From: Parcubacteria group bacterium Gr01-1014_20
GTDB lineage: Bacteria > Patescibacteriota > Minisyncoccia > UBA6257 > 2-01-FULL-56-20
Reading direction: 5' to 3'
Length of the DNA stretch: 64,000 nt
NCBI GenBank assembly: GCA_007376265.1
Contig: VMFW01000003.1
Location: forward strand, 1,315 to 65,314
Made by a program: the position numbers and the translations under genes. Of this stretch, positions 26,398-35,499 are shown one piece after another. How positions within the stretch are numbered: the stretch's first letter is position 1; each line of letters begins with the position of its first letter. The notes beneath the pieces were generated by a model. The model made no database searches. It was not told where the DNA came from and saw only the letters and a program-made list of their open reading frames with translations.

Positions 26398-28707
26398 ATG
26401 ATTTTGAGTATGAACTCACATTTGGCGTTTATAAAGTACATTCTATTTTCGACGGCTCTCTCGCCGCTGGTCGTGTTTTCAGTCCTCCCCTTCCCTTATA
26501 ACTCGAGCAAGGTAATTTTTTTGAACGCGGTAATAGAAGTGGCTTTGGCGGCTTTTATCCTCTACGGCTTTTTTAATAAGTGGAATTTGAGGAGTTTAAT
26601 ATCCGGCGCTGGTTTTAATTTTTTGAAAACCTTAAAGCACCCACTTTTTGTGGCGGTTTTGGTTTTGTTTTCGTCGATTACGATTAGCACCTTCTTTGCT
26701 TACAACCAATTCAAAGCATTTTGGAGCATGCCAGAGAGGGGAGACGGATTTTACAGCCTTTCGCACTATTTGATTTTTTTCGTTTTGACGACTTTGCTTT
26801 TCTTGAGAGATGACTGGCAAAAGTTTTTCAAAGTTTCGGTCGTAGTGGCAGCGATTGTGATTTTTTTCGCTTGGATGCAATTTTTCGGATCGGAAATATT
26901 TCCATTTTTTTTAAAAGCTAGTACAAGACCCGGCTCTTCCTTTGATAATCCGGCTTATTTGGCGAGCTACCTTGTTTTTATTTTGGCGATAGCAACGATG
27001 ACCGCGTTCTGGGCGAGGCGGGGAAGTTTTTGGCGATTTTTTGGGATGACGGTGGCGACCCTTTCACTTATAACAATTTTCGTAGCTAATGTGAGGGGAG
27101 TCATTTTGGGCGTCGTTTCGGGTTTAGTGTTTTTTGTTCTGGCTTTTTGTTTTAAGAATCGATCGGCGAAGCTTAAGAGGGTCGGAATTATTATCCTGGC
27201 CTCGATTTTACTTTTTACTTTTATTTTTGTTGCCAGCAGAAAAGCTGTTATATGGCAATCGATACCCGGACTGGATAGATTGGCTACAGTGAGTTTAGAT
27301 GATTCCTCGGCCAAGACTCGCTTGATCGCTTTGGGTTCGAGCTTTGCCGCGTTTAAGGAGAGGCCGATTTTGGGATGGGGTTTAGAGAACTATAATGTTG
27401 CCTATAACAAGCACTATAACCCAACTTATGCTCAATATGAGGAAACGTGGTTTGATAGAGCCCATAATAAGTTGGCTGAAATGGCAGTGACTCAAGGAGC
27501 GTTCGGCGTTCTAGCTTATCTTATGGTTTTTTTTACCGTATTTTTTGTGATTTTTAGAAAAGTCGCCGCAGATCGTGATGGAGCTCAAAAGGGCCTGATG
27601 AGTCAGGACAAACGTGGAGATAGTGGGGGTCTGGCACTTTTGGTTTTGGCAGCTACAACTCTAGCTCACTTTGTTCAAAACATTTTTCTCTTTGATACAC
27701 CCGTTGGCCACCTAATGTTTTTTAGCACCGTTGGCTTTATTTTGTTTTTAACAAAGGACCGTGATTTCGAGAATCGAAACCTTGATTTGTCCCCCCCAAA
27801 CCCTCCCTGGTTTCACGCCTTGAATGTTCTCGGGATTTTAATTGTTTTGATTATCTTTTTTAATTTATATTTCTACGCTTTCGTGCCTTATCGACAGGCG
27901 CTTGCTTTTCGCGGAGCGTTAGCGACTAAGTCTAGCGAAGAAATAGCTTTGAAGTCCAAGAGCTTTCTGGAGCCATATAACTATTTTCAGAGCGCCATAC
28001 GATTTCAATTTCTTGAGGCAGTCGTGGCAAGCGATTTACGAAAGCCAGAGTCGAAACCTGTGGCCGATAAAGCGGTTCAGGCGATGGAAGATCTGATCGA
28101 GAAAGAGCCCAGTTATGATCCCAGATATTATATTTTTTTGGGGGAAGCCTACAATATAAAGGGAAAGGATGATCCGGTTTTTTTAAAAAAGTCAGAATTT
28201 TATCTTCGGGAGGCTCTGAAGTTGGCCCCTAGACGTCAGGACATTTATTATTTGCTGGCCTATTCTTTAGCTGGCCAAGGCCGATCTGACGAGGCGGTCG
28301 GTTTGATGAGGGGAGTGGTGGCTTTGAGTCCTAACGTGGCTAGGGCTCATTATAATTTAGGACTAGAGCTGGCAATTCACGGTCAAGATAATTGGGAGGA
28401 GGTTGAGGTGGAGTTTGGCAAGGCGCTGGATATTGGTTTTGTAAATCACATGGCGTTGGATATTGGCACGGTAAGTCAGGGATGGATAGGTGTTGATTAC
28501 TACAATATGGAGATAATTTATAAGCAGATGCTTTCGGTTTACGTACCGGCTAGGGATAAGGTGAGAGTGGTTCGAATCGCCGAACGGCTGAAGCAGATTA
28601 ATTCGGATCCCGTCATACTGTCGGATCTGGATTCAGTTAAAAGATTGGCCGAAGATGGGGCGTGGGATGTTCTTATAAAGTCACTAATAGAGCCGCTGGA
28701 CAACTAG
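26398..28707 (+). CDS. polytopic membrane protein, O-antigen ligase/polymerase (Wzy_C)-like, with C-terminal TPR repeats
   Basis: About 12 TM segments in the first 480 aa. C-terminal TPR-like repeats (EAYNIKGKDDPVFLKKSEFYLREALKLAPRRQDIYYLLAYSLAGQGRSDEAVGLMRGVVALSPNVARAHYNLG). Confidence 0.5.
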   Translation: MILSMNSHLAFIKYILFSTALSPLVVFSVLPFPYNSSKVIFLNAVIEVALAAFILYGFFNKWNLRSLISGAGFNFLKTLKHPLFVAVLVLFSSITISTFFAYNQFKAFWSMPERGDGFYSLSHYLIFFVLTTLLFLRDDWQKFFKVSVVVAAIVIFFAWMQFFGSEIFPFFLKASTRPGSSFDNPAYLASYLVFILAIATMTAFWARRGSFWRFFGMTVATLSLITIFVANVRGVILGVVSGLVFFVLAFCFKNRSAKLKRVGIIILASILLFTFIFVASRKAVIWQSIPGLDRLATVSLDDSSAKTRLIALGSSFAAFKERPILGWGLENYNVAYNKHYNPTYAQYEETWFDRAHNKLAEMAVTQGAFGVLAYLMVFFTVFFVIFRKVAADRDGAQKGLMSQDKRGDSGGLALLVLAATTLAHFVQNIFLFDTPVGHLMFFSTVGFILFLTKDRDFENRNLDLSPPNPPWFHALNVLGILIVLIIFFNLYFYAFVPYRQALAFRGALATKSSEEIALKSKSFLEPYNYFQSAIRFQFLEAVVASDLRKPESKPVADKAVQAMEDLIEKEPSYDPRYYIFLGEAYNIKGKDDPVFLKKSEFYLREALKLAPRRQDIYYLLAYSLAGQGRSDEAVGLMRGVVALSPNVARAHYNLGLELAIHGQDNWEEVEVEFGKALDIGFVNHMALDIGTVSQGWIGVDYYNMEIIYKQMLSVYVPARDKVRVVRIAERLKQINSDPVILSDLDSVKRLAEDGAWDVLIKSLIEPLDN

Positions 28708-28825
28708 ATTCTGGCTGGTTTGGCTTTGGTTTTTGTGGTAAAATGGGTGGGCCGTCTGAGCGGCTTTTTATGTGGGGCAGCTCTTACGAACACTTAGATT
28801 TTAGTTGGTTTAGGGGCTTAACTTT

Positions 28826-30892
28826 ATGGCAAAAGATAAAAAAGAAGATAAAAAGTTAGAGGCAAAAGAAACGGATAACAATAAGGTGACCAAAAACTCC
28901 TATAGCGCGGAGGATATTTACGTTTTAGAGGGCCTGGAACCGGTTAGAAAGCGACCGGGAATGTATATCGGTTCGACCGGAGTGGACGGACTTCACCATC
29001 TGATCTGGGAGGTGGTGGATAATTCTATCGACGAGGCGATGGCGGGTTTTGCTAAAAATGTGACGGTTGAGCTTTTGCCCGGAAATAAGGTGAGCGTGAC
29101 TGATGACGGCAGAGGGATTCCCGTTGAAACTCACAAACAGACTAAGAAATCTGCTCTCGAGACAGTGATGACCACGCTTCACGCCGGAGGAAAGTTTGGC
29201 GGAGAATCGTATAAGGTTTCGGGTGGTTTGCACGGCGTGGGCGTGTCGGTTGTAAACGCCCTTTCGGAATGGTTGAAGGCCGAAGTTTGTCGAGAGGGGG
29301 CTTTGTATTCCCAGGAATACGAGCGAGGAGAACCGAAGGGGAAAGTGAAAAAGGTGGGGGTGTGTAAGCAGACAGGCACGAAGGTGACTTTTTCGCCAGA
29401 TCCGAAGATTTTTTTGACTTTGGAATTTAATCCTAAAAAGATTGCGGAACATTTGAGACAGCAGACTTATTTAACCAAGGGCGTGCGGGTTAATTTCTTG
29501 GATCGCCGAGAAAAAGTTCCTCAGCTTCACGGTTTTTACTTTGACGGCGGCTTGAAGTCGTTTGTGAATCATTTGATTCGCAACGAAAAATCACTTCAGG
29601 AAGAAATTTTTTATGTAAGTAAGGATCAGGAGGGAATGAACGTGGAGGTGGCGTTTACTTTTATTGATGATATGGAGGTTAAGGAGCTTAGTTTTGCCAA
29701 CAATATTTATACGCCTGACGGTGGGATGCACCTGACCGGATTTCGTTCGGCTCTGACGCGGTCTTTAAACGCGCATGCTCGAGGCGAGAGTTATCTGAAA
29801 GAAAAGGATGAGAATTTGACGAGTGATGATGTGCGGGAGGGGTTGGTGGTGGTAGTTTCAGTGAAACTTAGGGAGCCGCAGTTTGAGGGCCAGACAAAAG
29901 CAAGGCTTGGAAACCCTGAGGCGAGAACGGCGGTTGAGGCGGTCGTGAACGAATCGCTCAAGGAATTTTTAGAGAAACGACCGGCTGAAGCCAGGCGAAT
30001 TATTGAGAAGGTACTCTTGGCGGCGAAGGCGAGAAAGGCGGCGAAGGCGGCGCGGGATACGGTTTTAAGAAAAGGGGTGCTTGACGGTCTCACTCTGCCT
30101 GGCAAGCTTTCCGATTGCAGTTCGAGAAAGCCGGAAGAGTCGGAGCTATTTCTCGTTGAGGGGGATAGCGCCGGTGGGAGCGCTAAGTCGGGACGAGACA
30201 GACGCACCCAGGCGATTTTGCCACTCAAAGGAAAGATTTTGAATGTGGAGAAAACCAGACTGGATAAGATGCTTTCGAATCAAGAGATCCGGTCGCTTGT
30301 GATGGCGATTGGAACGGCAATTGCCGAGGAGTTTGATATTTCAAAAATAAGATACCACAAAGTGATTATTATGACGGACGCGGACGTGGACGGCGCTCAC
30401 ATCCGGACGCTCCTACTCACTTTGTTTTACCGGTATTTCAAAGAAGTGGTAAGTTCGGGCTATCTTTACATTGCCCAACCGCCACTCTATCGAGTTCAAA
30501 GTGGTAAGGAGGTGAGGTATGCCTATTCGGATCAGGAAAAAGAGAAAATCGTGGCTGAAATTCAGAAAAATAAAGCTATGAAATCTACCAAGAAAGAGAC
30601 TAAAGACGATAAAGAAGAGGATGGACAAGCGACCGGGGAGGCTAGCTTGGAGGTTCAAGGGGGCGGGGTGAAGGGAGTTGGAATTCAAAGGTATAAGGGG
30701 TTAGGAGAGATGAATCCGGAGCAACTTTGGGAAACAACTATGAATCCGGAGAATCGAACTTTACGGCAGGTGGAAATTGATGACGCCGAAGAGGCCGATC
30801 GTCTTTTTGATATTTTGATGGGAGATGAGGTTCAGCCGCGGCGTAAGTTTATCGAGCTTCACGCGCTCTCGGTTAAGAATCTTGACGTTTAA
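28826..30892 (+). CDS. gyrB: type IIA topoisomerase ATPase subunit B (GyrB/ParE family)
   Basis: GHKL ATPase (GLHHLIWEVVDNSIDEAMAG), TOPRIM (ELFLVEGDSAGGSAK), C-terminal tail (QRYKGLGEMNPEQLWETTMNP); 688 aa. A GyrB versus ParE call is not possible from sequence alone. Confidence 0.85.
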   Translation: MAKDKKEDKKLEAKETDNNKVTKNSYSAEDIYVLEGLEPVRKRPGMYIGSTGVDGLHHLIWEVVDNSIDEAMAGFAKNVTVELLPGNKVSVTDDGRGIPVETHKQTKKSALETVMTTLHAGGKFGGESYKVSGGLHGVGVSVVNALSEWLKAEVCREGALYSQEYERGEPKGKVKKVGVCKQTGTKVTFSPDPKIFLTLEFNPKKIAEHLRQQTYLTKGVRVNFLDRREKVPQLHGFYFDGGLKSFVNHLIRNEKSLQEEIFYVSKDQEGMNVEVAFTFIDDMEVKELSFANNIYTPDGGMHLTGFRSALTRSLNAHARGESYLKEKDENLTSDDVREGLVVVVSVKLREPQFEGQTKARLGNPEARTAVEAVVNESLKEFLEKRPAEARRIIEKVLLAAKARKAAKAARDTVLRKGVLDGLTLPGKLSDCSSRKPEESELFLVEGDSAGGSAKSGRDRRTQAILPLKGKILNVEKTRLDKMLSNQEIRSLVMAIGTAIAEEFDISKIRYHKVIIMTDADVDGAHIRTLLLTLFYRYFKEVVSSGYLYIAQPPLYRVQSGKEVRYAYSDQEKEKIVAEIQKNKAMKSTKKETKDDKEEDGQATGEASLEVQGGGVKGVGIQRYKGLGEMNPEQLWETTMNPENRTLRQVEIDDAEEADRLFDILMGDEVQPRRKFIELHALSVKNLDV

Positions 30893-30938
30893 CAACTTTT
30901 GTATTAGGATACTCTTTCAGGTTAAACTTTTAAAGAAA

Positions 30939-31130
30939 ATGTTCCAAAAATTAATAGTATTTTTTCAGGAAGCTCGGGTAGAGCTAAAACATATAAACTG
31001 GCCCACCAGGAAAGAGGCGGTTAGGCTAACCACGGTCGTCATCGGGATTTCTTTGGGACTGGCGTTTTTTTTGGGTGTTTTTGACACTTTTTTTGCGTAC
31101 TTATTAAAGGCGTTTGTGTTAGGCTCGTAA
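30939..31130 (+). CDS. secE: preprotein translocase subunit SecE
   Basis: MFQKLIVFFQEARVELKHINWPTRKEAVRLTTVVIGISLGLAFFLGVFD, immediately upstream of nusG. Confidence 0.8.
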   Translation: MFQKLIVFFQEARVELKHINWPTRKEAVRLTTVVIGISLGLAFFLGVFDTFFAYLLKAFVLGS

Positions 31131-31136
31131 ATATTT

Positions 31137-31691
31137 ATGACAACCCACCAACAAGAAGAAACTGGAGTCCGACAATGGTTTGCGGTTCACACCTATTCCG
31201 GATACGAAGAGGCGGTGGCTCGGTATTTGAAACAGCGCGTGGAAATGCTCGGAATGGAGGATAGGATTTTTAAGGTCATTGTTCCGACGGAGAAAAAAGT
31301 GAAGGTTAAGAGCGGGAAGCGACAAACGATTGAGGAAAAGATTTACCCCGGCTACGTTTTGATTGAGATGATTTTGAATGGTGAGTCTTGGTATGTGGTG
31401 AGAAACACTCCCCGGGTAACTGGGTTTGTCGGGCCGGACAGTACCAAGCCCACTCCGCTTTCGAAGGAGGAGGTAGATTCACTTTTGGTGAGGATGGGGA
31501 GCGATGAGAGCAAATTCAATATTGATTTTAGAGTTGGAGATTTGGTCAAGATTACAGACGGGCCGTTTAAGGATTATGACGGTAAAGTGGCCGAGGTTGA
31601 CGAGGAGCGTGGGCATGTTAAAGTGATGGTTCCAATTTTTGGTCGGGATACGGCGGTTGAGCTCGACTCGCTTCAGGTTAAGAAGATATAA
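31137..31691 (+). CDS. nusG: transcription termination/antitermination factor NusG
   Basis: NGN domain (QWFAVHTYSGYEEAV) and KOW motif (FRVGDLVKITDGPFKDYDGKVAEVD). Confidence 0.9.
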   Translation: MTTHQQEETGVRQWFAVHTYSGYEEAVARYLKQRVEMLGMEDRIFKVIVPTEKKVKVKSGKRQTIEEKIYPGYVLIEMILNGESWYVVRNTPRVTGFVGPDSTKPTPLSKEEVDSLLVRMGSDESKFNIDFRVGDLVKITDGPFKDYDGKVAEVDEERGHVKVMVPIFGRDTAVELDSLQVKKI

Positions 31692-31762
31692 CATATTACT
31701 AATTACTAATGTTTTGCGAATATACTAATAAGTTTAAGTTTGGGAAATAACTAAATCGAAAC

Positions 31763-31963
31763 ATGACACAGTGCTTTTTTTGTTCTCAAAACCTAAGACA
31801 GATAGACTATAAGGAAGTTGAACTTCTCCGGAGGTTTGTTTCGGGTCAAGCTAAAATTATTGACCCCCAGCATACCGGGGTTTGCGCTAAGCACCAGAGA
31901 ATTTTAGCTCAAGCGATAAAACGAGCCAGGTTTATGGCTCTCCTGCCTTTCGTTGGACGGTAA
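31763..31963 (+). CDS. rpsR: 30S ribosomal protein S18
   Basis: CFFCSQNLRQIDYKEVELLRRFVSGQAKIIDPQHTGVCAKHQRILAQAIKRARFMALLPF matches the S18 consensus. Confidence 0.9.
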   Translation: MTQCFFCSQNLRQIDYKEVELLRRFVSGQAKIIDPQHTGVCAKHQRILAQAIKRARFMALLPFVGR

Positions 31964-31990
31964 TTTCCGGTAAAATTATCTAAAATAGCA

Positions 31991-32527
31991 ATGAGTGGTT
32001 TTGATGAGAGGTTTTTCCAGGCGATTTTTCAGTTTGCGCAGAAAAGTTTTTTTCTCGATACAGTCGGAATTTTTTTGGCGGACGGGGTTTTGTATGTCTT
32101 GATTTTTTTCTCTATTATTTTTGTTTTGCTCCAGAAGAACTGGCAGAAGAGGATTTTCCTGTTTTTGGAGCTGACGCTAGCTTGTCTTTTGGCTCGGGGA
32201 GTAGTAGTTGAGTTCATAAAATTCTTTTATCACAAACTGAGGCCTTTTGAGTTTTATGGATTTGAACCTTTAATCTCGGCTTCGGGACGCGCTTTCCCGT
32301 CCGGACATGTCACCACTCTTTTTGCGATTACGATTATTGTTTTTTTATTTAATCGAAGTTGGGGTGGGTGGTTTTTGGCTTTCGCGATTATTAGTAGTAT
32401 CGCCAGAATTTTTGTTGGGGTGCATTGGCCGTTTGATATTTTAGGAGGTGTAGTTCTTGGAACGGGAACGGCCTTCCTAGTTCACTTTTTGCTCAAGGGC
32501 GAGAGGGTTCGAATTTGGCCGCCTTAA
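31991..32527 (+). CDS. PAP2-family membrane phosphatase (undecaprenyl-diphosphate / phosphatidylglycerophosphate phosphatase-like)
   Basis: PAP2 motifs KLRPFEF (KxxxxxxRP), FPSGH and RIFVGVHWPFDILGG (SRxxxxxHxxxD-like). Confidence 0.7.
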   Translation: MSGFDERFFQAIFQFAQKSFFLDTVGIFLADGVLYVLIFFSIIFVLLQKNWQKRIFLFLELTLACLLARGVVVEFIKFFYHKLRPFEFYGFEPLISASGRAFPSGHVTTLFAITIIVFLFNRSWGGWFLAFAIISSIARIFVGVHWPFDILGGVVLGTGTAFLVHFLLKGERVRIWPP

Positions 32528-32597
32528 GATGTGAGGAGCAGCGACTATTCGGGTTAGCATTTTTGGCGTTTCTTGAAGGTGTGTTCAGCGTCTCCTA

Positions 32598-32632
32598 TCC
32601 CTCGATCGTCTATAAATAAAAATCCCCGCTTT
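32598..32632 (-). terminator. intrinsic terminator for the minus-strand acyltransferase gene
   Basis: Minus strand reads ccccgtctaaagcgggg followed by atttttattt. Confidence 0.5.
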
Positions 32633-33392
32633 AGACGGGGATGGGGTTCTTTGTGCTTGAGTGGAGGTTAGAGGCTAGAGAGCTTATTTTTTCAACAATT
32701 AGTTCAGAGATTCTATCGTTTGGATTGGGGTTTCCCTCATCTTCCAGGATGTTTTCGAAGTTGATAGGCTCACCAAAGGCTACTGTAATTTTCCTTCCAA
32801 ACCATGGAAAGCGGGGGAGGTAGCTTGATAGCTTTGGTTTTAGGCCTGGGCCACCTCCGAAAAGTTTTTCAGTGCCCTCGAGATAGATTGGCACCACAAC
32901 TGGTCGAGGGTTGCTTTTGCTGATTATAAAAGAAGCGCCCCCTTTGGCTTCCGCGATGTCGAAACTTCTCGTGGCTTGATAGAAGATGCAGACGTTGCCT
33001 CTTTTAAGGAGAGAGATGACGGAGAAAAGAAATCCGCGGCTGAATTTCTTTCTTTCGACGGGGATTGTTCGGCAGAGTTTCAGAATAAAACCAACGATCC
33101 AGCTCTTGAAGAAGTTCTCCTTGGCTGCCAGGTTATACGGAGCTTGACTGGGATAGATCAGAATTTCTGGAAAGTAACCAGCGACACCGATGATCAACGA
33201 GTCGTGGAGGCTACGATGGTTTGAGACGAGGAGAATGTTCTGACTCTGGCGGGGGATGTTTTTTCGGCCGACGATTTTCGTGCGGTTCAGGAGTCGGAAG
33301 TATAGAAAAGATAAGAGACTGGCAATTGATAAAACCAGGTATGACAACCAAACTTCAAATTTTTTAAGATGCTCTCCATCTCGGTTTGACAT
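32631..33392 (-). CDS. lysophospholipid acyltransferase (PlsC/LPLAT family)
   Basis: N-terminal TM segment; VSNHRSLHDSLI (HX4D motif) and PIYLEGTEK (EGT motif). Confidence 0.65.
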   Translation of the reverse strand: MSNRDGEHLKKFEVWLSYLVLSIASLLSFLYFRLLNRTKIVGRKNIPRQSQNILLVSNHRSLHDSLIIGVAGYFPEILIYPSQAPYNLAAKENFFKSWIVGFILKLCRTIPVERKKFSRGFLFSVISLLKRGNVCIFYQATRSFDIAEAKGGASFIISKSNPRPVVVPIYLEGTEKLFGGGPGLKPKLSSYLPRFPWFGRKITVAFGEPINFENILEDEGNPNPNDRISELIVEKISSLASNLHSSTKNPIPV

Positions 33393-33523
33393 TTACCCCC
33401 TCCGTTCGGCTTGGGTACTCGCGGCCATTTTAGAGGAAATTTTTCAGTTTGACAACAGGTCTGGCCAGCTATATGCTCATACCGGTTTCTTAAAAAATCA
33501 AAGAGAATGGAGGTGGTGCTAAC

Positions 33524-34243
33524 GTGGGATACCTTACGGTTGTTCTTGCAATGTTCGGAGTGGGTTTCTTCGCGTGGTGGTTTTGGGGTAACAGCTCGTT
33601 TATTTTTATCAGACGAAGACTCGAGGCTTTTAGGGATTTGCCAGGCGTCGAGCTTTTTGAAGAAAGTTATTTTCATGGCTGGCCCCTTAAGACGAGAATC
33701 GTTCTCCGACCAGGGAGCCAGCCTCTTTTGGCGAGTTCCCCCAAAGTTGAAGCGGTGAAGATTCCCGAAGTTGTTTTGCCAGATATTTTTGATCAGCAGA
33801 TAGTTTTGAAGTTGCCACGTTGGCCCGAATCTGAATTCAGGATGCCCCGCTATCTCCCGATGGTGTTTTTGGGGAAAGAGGGAGTATACGAGCTCATCCC
33901 GATTACGACGGAAGTGGCTGGATATCTTCGATTTGCTACTACCGAGACTGGGGAAGATTTGGGTGGTGCTTCAGATCAAAAAAGATCAAAGTGGAGATCG
34001 CAAAGGCCACTTCAAATTGGAGACTACATAGTTCAGAAAAGTCTTGCCGCTATCGTTGTGGAACACAGATTTACCCGCGAGAAGTTTGGTTACCATGTGA
34101 CCGTTCCCAGTAACGGCTACATACTTAGCTTCCAGGTTTTAAACGGTAGCAGGGTAGAAAAGGGAGATGTGATTCTTTTTTTGGCGGCTAGCACTAGTTT
34201 TATCTTGCCAAAGAAGAAAGGGTCTGAAGTTAAACCCGTCTAA
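33524..34243 (+). CDS. hypothetical membrane-anchored protein
   Basis: 239-aa ORF (GTG start per the track), N-terminal TM segment, hairpin + T-run after the stop. Confidence 0.45.
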   Translation: MGYLTVVLAMFGVGFFAWWFWGNSSFIFIRRRLEAFRDLPGVELFEESYFHGWPLKTRIVLRPGSQPLLASSPKVEAVKIPEVVLPDIFDQQIVLKLPRWPESEFRMPRYLPMVFLGKEGVYELIPITTEVAGYLRFATTETGEDLGGASDQKRSKWRSQRPLQIGDYIVQKSLAAIVVEHRFTREKFGYHVTVPSNGYILSFQVLNGSRVEKGDVILFLAASTSFILPKKKGSEVKPV

Positions 34244-34470
34244 GTTCTAAATGAATGAGGGCGGGTTTTTTGTTGTCCGTCACTTTTCCTTTCTGGTGCC
34301 CGGGGCGGGAATCTCACTACTCGCCCTTCGGGCTGCGTTTTCAAAACCCTCGGTTTTGAATAATTTCCGACACGGAGGGAACCCGGTGGCTCTCCCTCCG
34401 ACCCACCCTTCGTTCGACTCAAAACACATAAACAAAAAAACTCAACGAAAGTTGGGTGTTTTTGTTTATG

Positions 34471-34551
34471 TGCCCGGGGAGAGAGTCGAACTCTCACGAG
34501 TTTCCTCACACGATTTTGAGTCGTGCGCGTCTGCCATTCCGCCACCCGGGC
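34471..34551 (-). tRNA. tRNA-Leu (anticodon CAA), type II
   Basis: RC reads GCCCGGG TG GCGGAATGGCAGACGC GCACGACTCAAAATCGTGT + long variable arm + GAGAGTTCGACTCTCTC CCCGGGC A. Anticodon loop CTCAAAA. Confidence 0.8.
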
Positions 34552-34625
34552 GATGAATTTGTAAGAGAATCTTAATGGATTTCGTTGCCAAAATCAACGA
34601 AAAGCCTTAGAATTCGAGGATATTT

Positions 34626-35453
34626 ATGGCGCGAGTGATTTCGATTTGCAATCAAAAAGGCGGAGTGGGTAAGACGACCACGTCGGTTAATTTGGGCGCT
34701 TACTTGGCGGCTTTGGGCAGGAGGGTGCTCTTGGTGGATTTTGATCCCCAGGCGAACGCGAGTTCGGCTTTAGGCCTGAATCCCGCCGCGACCGACTTAA
34801 GTATTTACCACGGCATTATTAATGCGGCGCCGCCCGAACACATCGTGAGGCCAACGATGCTTTTTAATTTTCACTTTACACCGGCGGCGCCCCATTTGGC
34901 GGGAGCTTTGGTGGAGTTTGTAAATTTGCCAGAACGGGAATATTTTTTGAGGAAGTTTTTGAACCGGATTCGGCATGAGTACGATTATGTTTTGATTGAT
35001 CTCCCTCCTTCGCTTAGCCTACTTACGGTAAATGGACTGGTTGCCTCTGATGAGGTGTTGATTCCGGTTCAAGCCGAATATTATAGCTTAGAGGGTTTAG
35101 GGCAGTTGCTCGAAACCGTTGAGCTTATCCGGGTTAATTTGCGGCACAGCTTGTCGGTGGCTGGGGCGCTTGTCACGATGTACAACAAGAATGAAAAGTT
35201 GAGCCGGGAGGTGTCGAAGAATTTACGCCGGAACTTTCCTTATTTGGTTTTTAAAACAGAGATACCAAGGTCGGTAGCGCTTGCCGAAGCACCCAGTTTT
35301 TCAAAACCCATCATACTTTACAAGCCGGATTCAATTGGGGCGATTGCTTACAAGAACCTAGCGGAAGAGCTTATTGCTCAGGAACAGTCTTTTGATCGGG
35401 TGCCCGAACATGGTTTAATAAGTAAGGATTTTGGCAATTTCAATGTAATCTAG
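34626..35453 (+). CDS. parA: chromosome partitioning ATPase ParA/Soj
   Basis: Deviant Walker A ICNQKGGVGKTTTSVNLGAYLA; 275 aa. Confidence 0.9.
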   Translation: MARVISICNQKGGVGKTTTSVNLGAYLAALGRRVLLVDFDPQANASSALGLNPAATDLSIYHGIINAAPPEHIVRPTMLFNFHFTPAAPHLAGALVEFVNLPEREYFLRKFLNRIRHEYDYVLIDLPPSLSLLTVNGLVASDEVLIPVQAEYYSLEGLGQLLETVELIRVNLRHSLSVAGALVTMYNKNEKLSREVSKNLRRNFPYLVFKTEIPRSVALAEAPSFSKPIILYKPDSIGAIAYKNLAEELIAQEQSFDRVPEHGLISKDFGNFNVI

Positions 35454-35499
35454 CGACCAATTACTAACTAGGTACGAATTAGAAAGTAATAAATAAAAA

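Noticed and set aside
28826-30892. Calling the type II topoisomerase B subunit specifically ParE or specifically GyrB
   Set aside because: Sequence alone cannot separate them, and no A subunit is adjacent. I kept the symbol gyrB as the more common single-copy case in small genomes, flagged as uncertain.
34240-34556. Two 101-aa ORFs on opposite strands overlapping tRNA-Leu(CAA) and the GC-rich segment
   Set aside because: They overlap a clear tRNA. Their peptides (GIEP..., SRTKGG...) are tRNA-reverse-translation artefacts.
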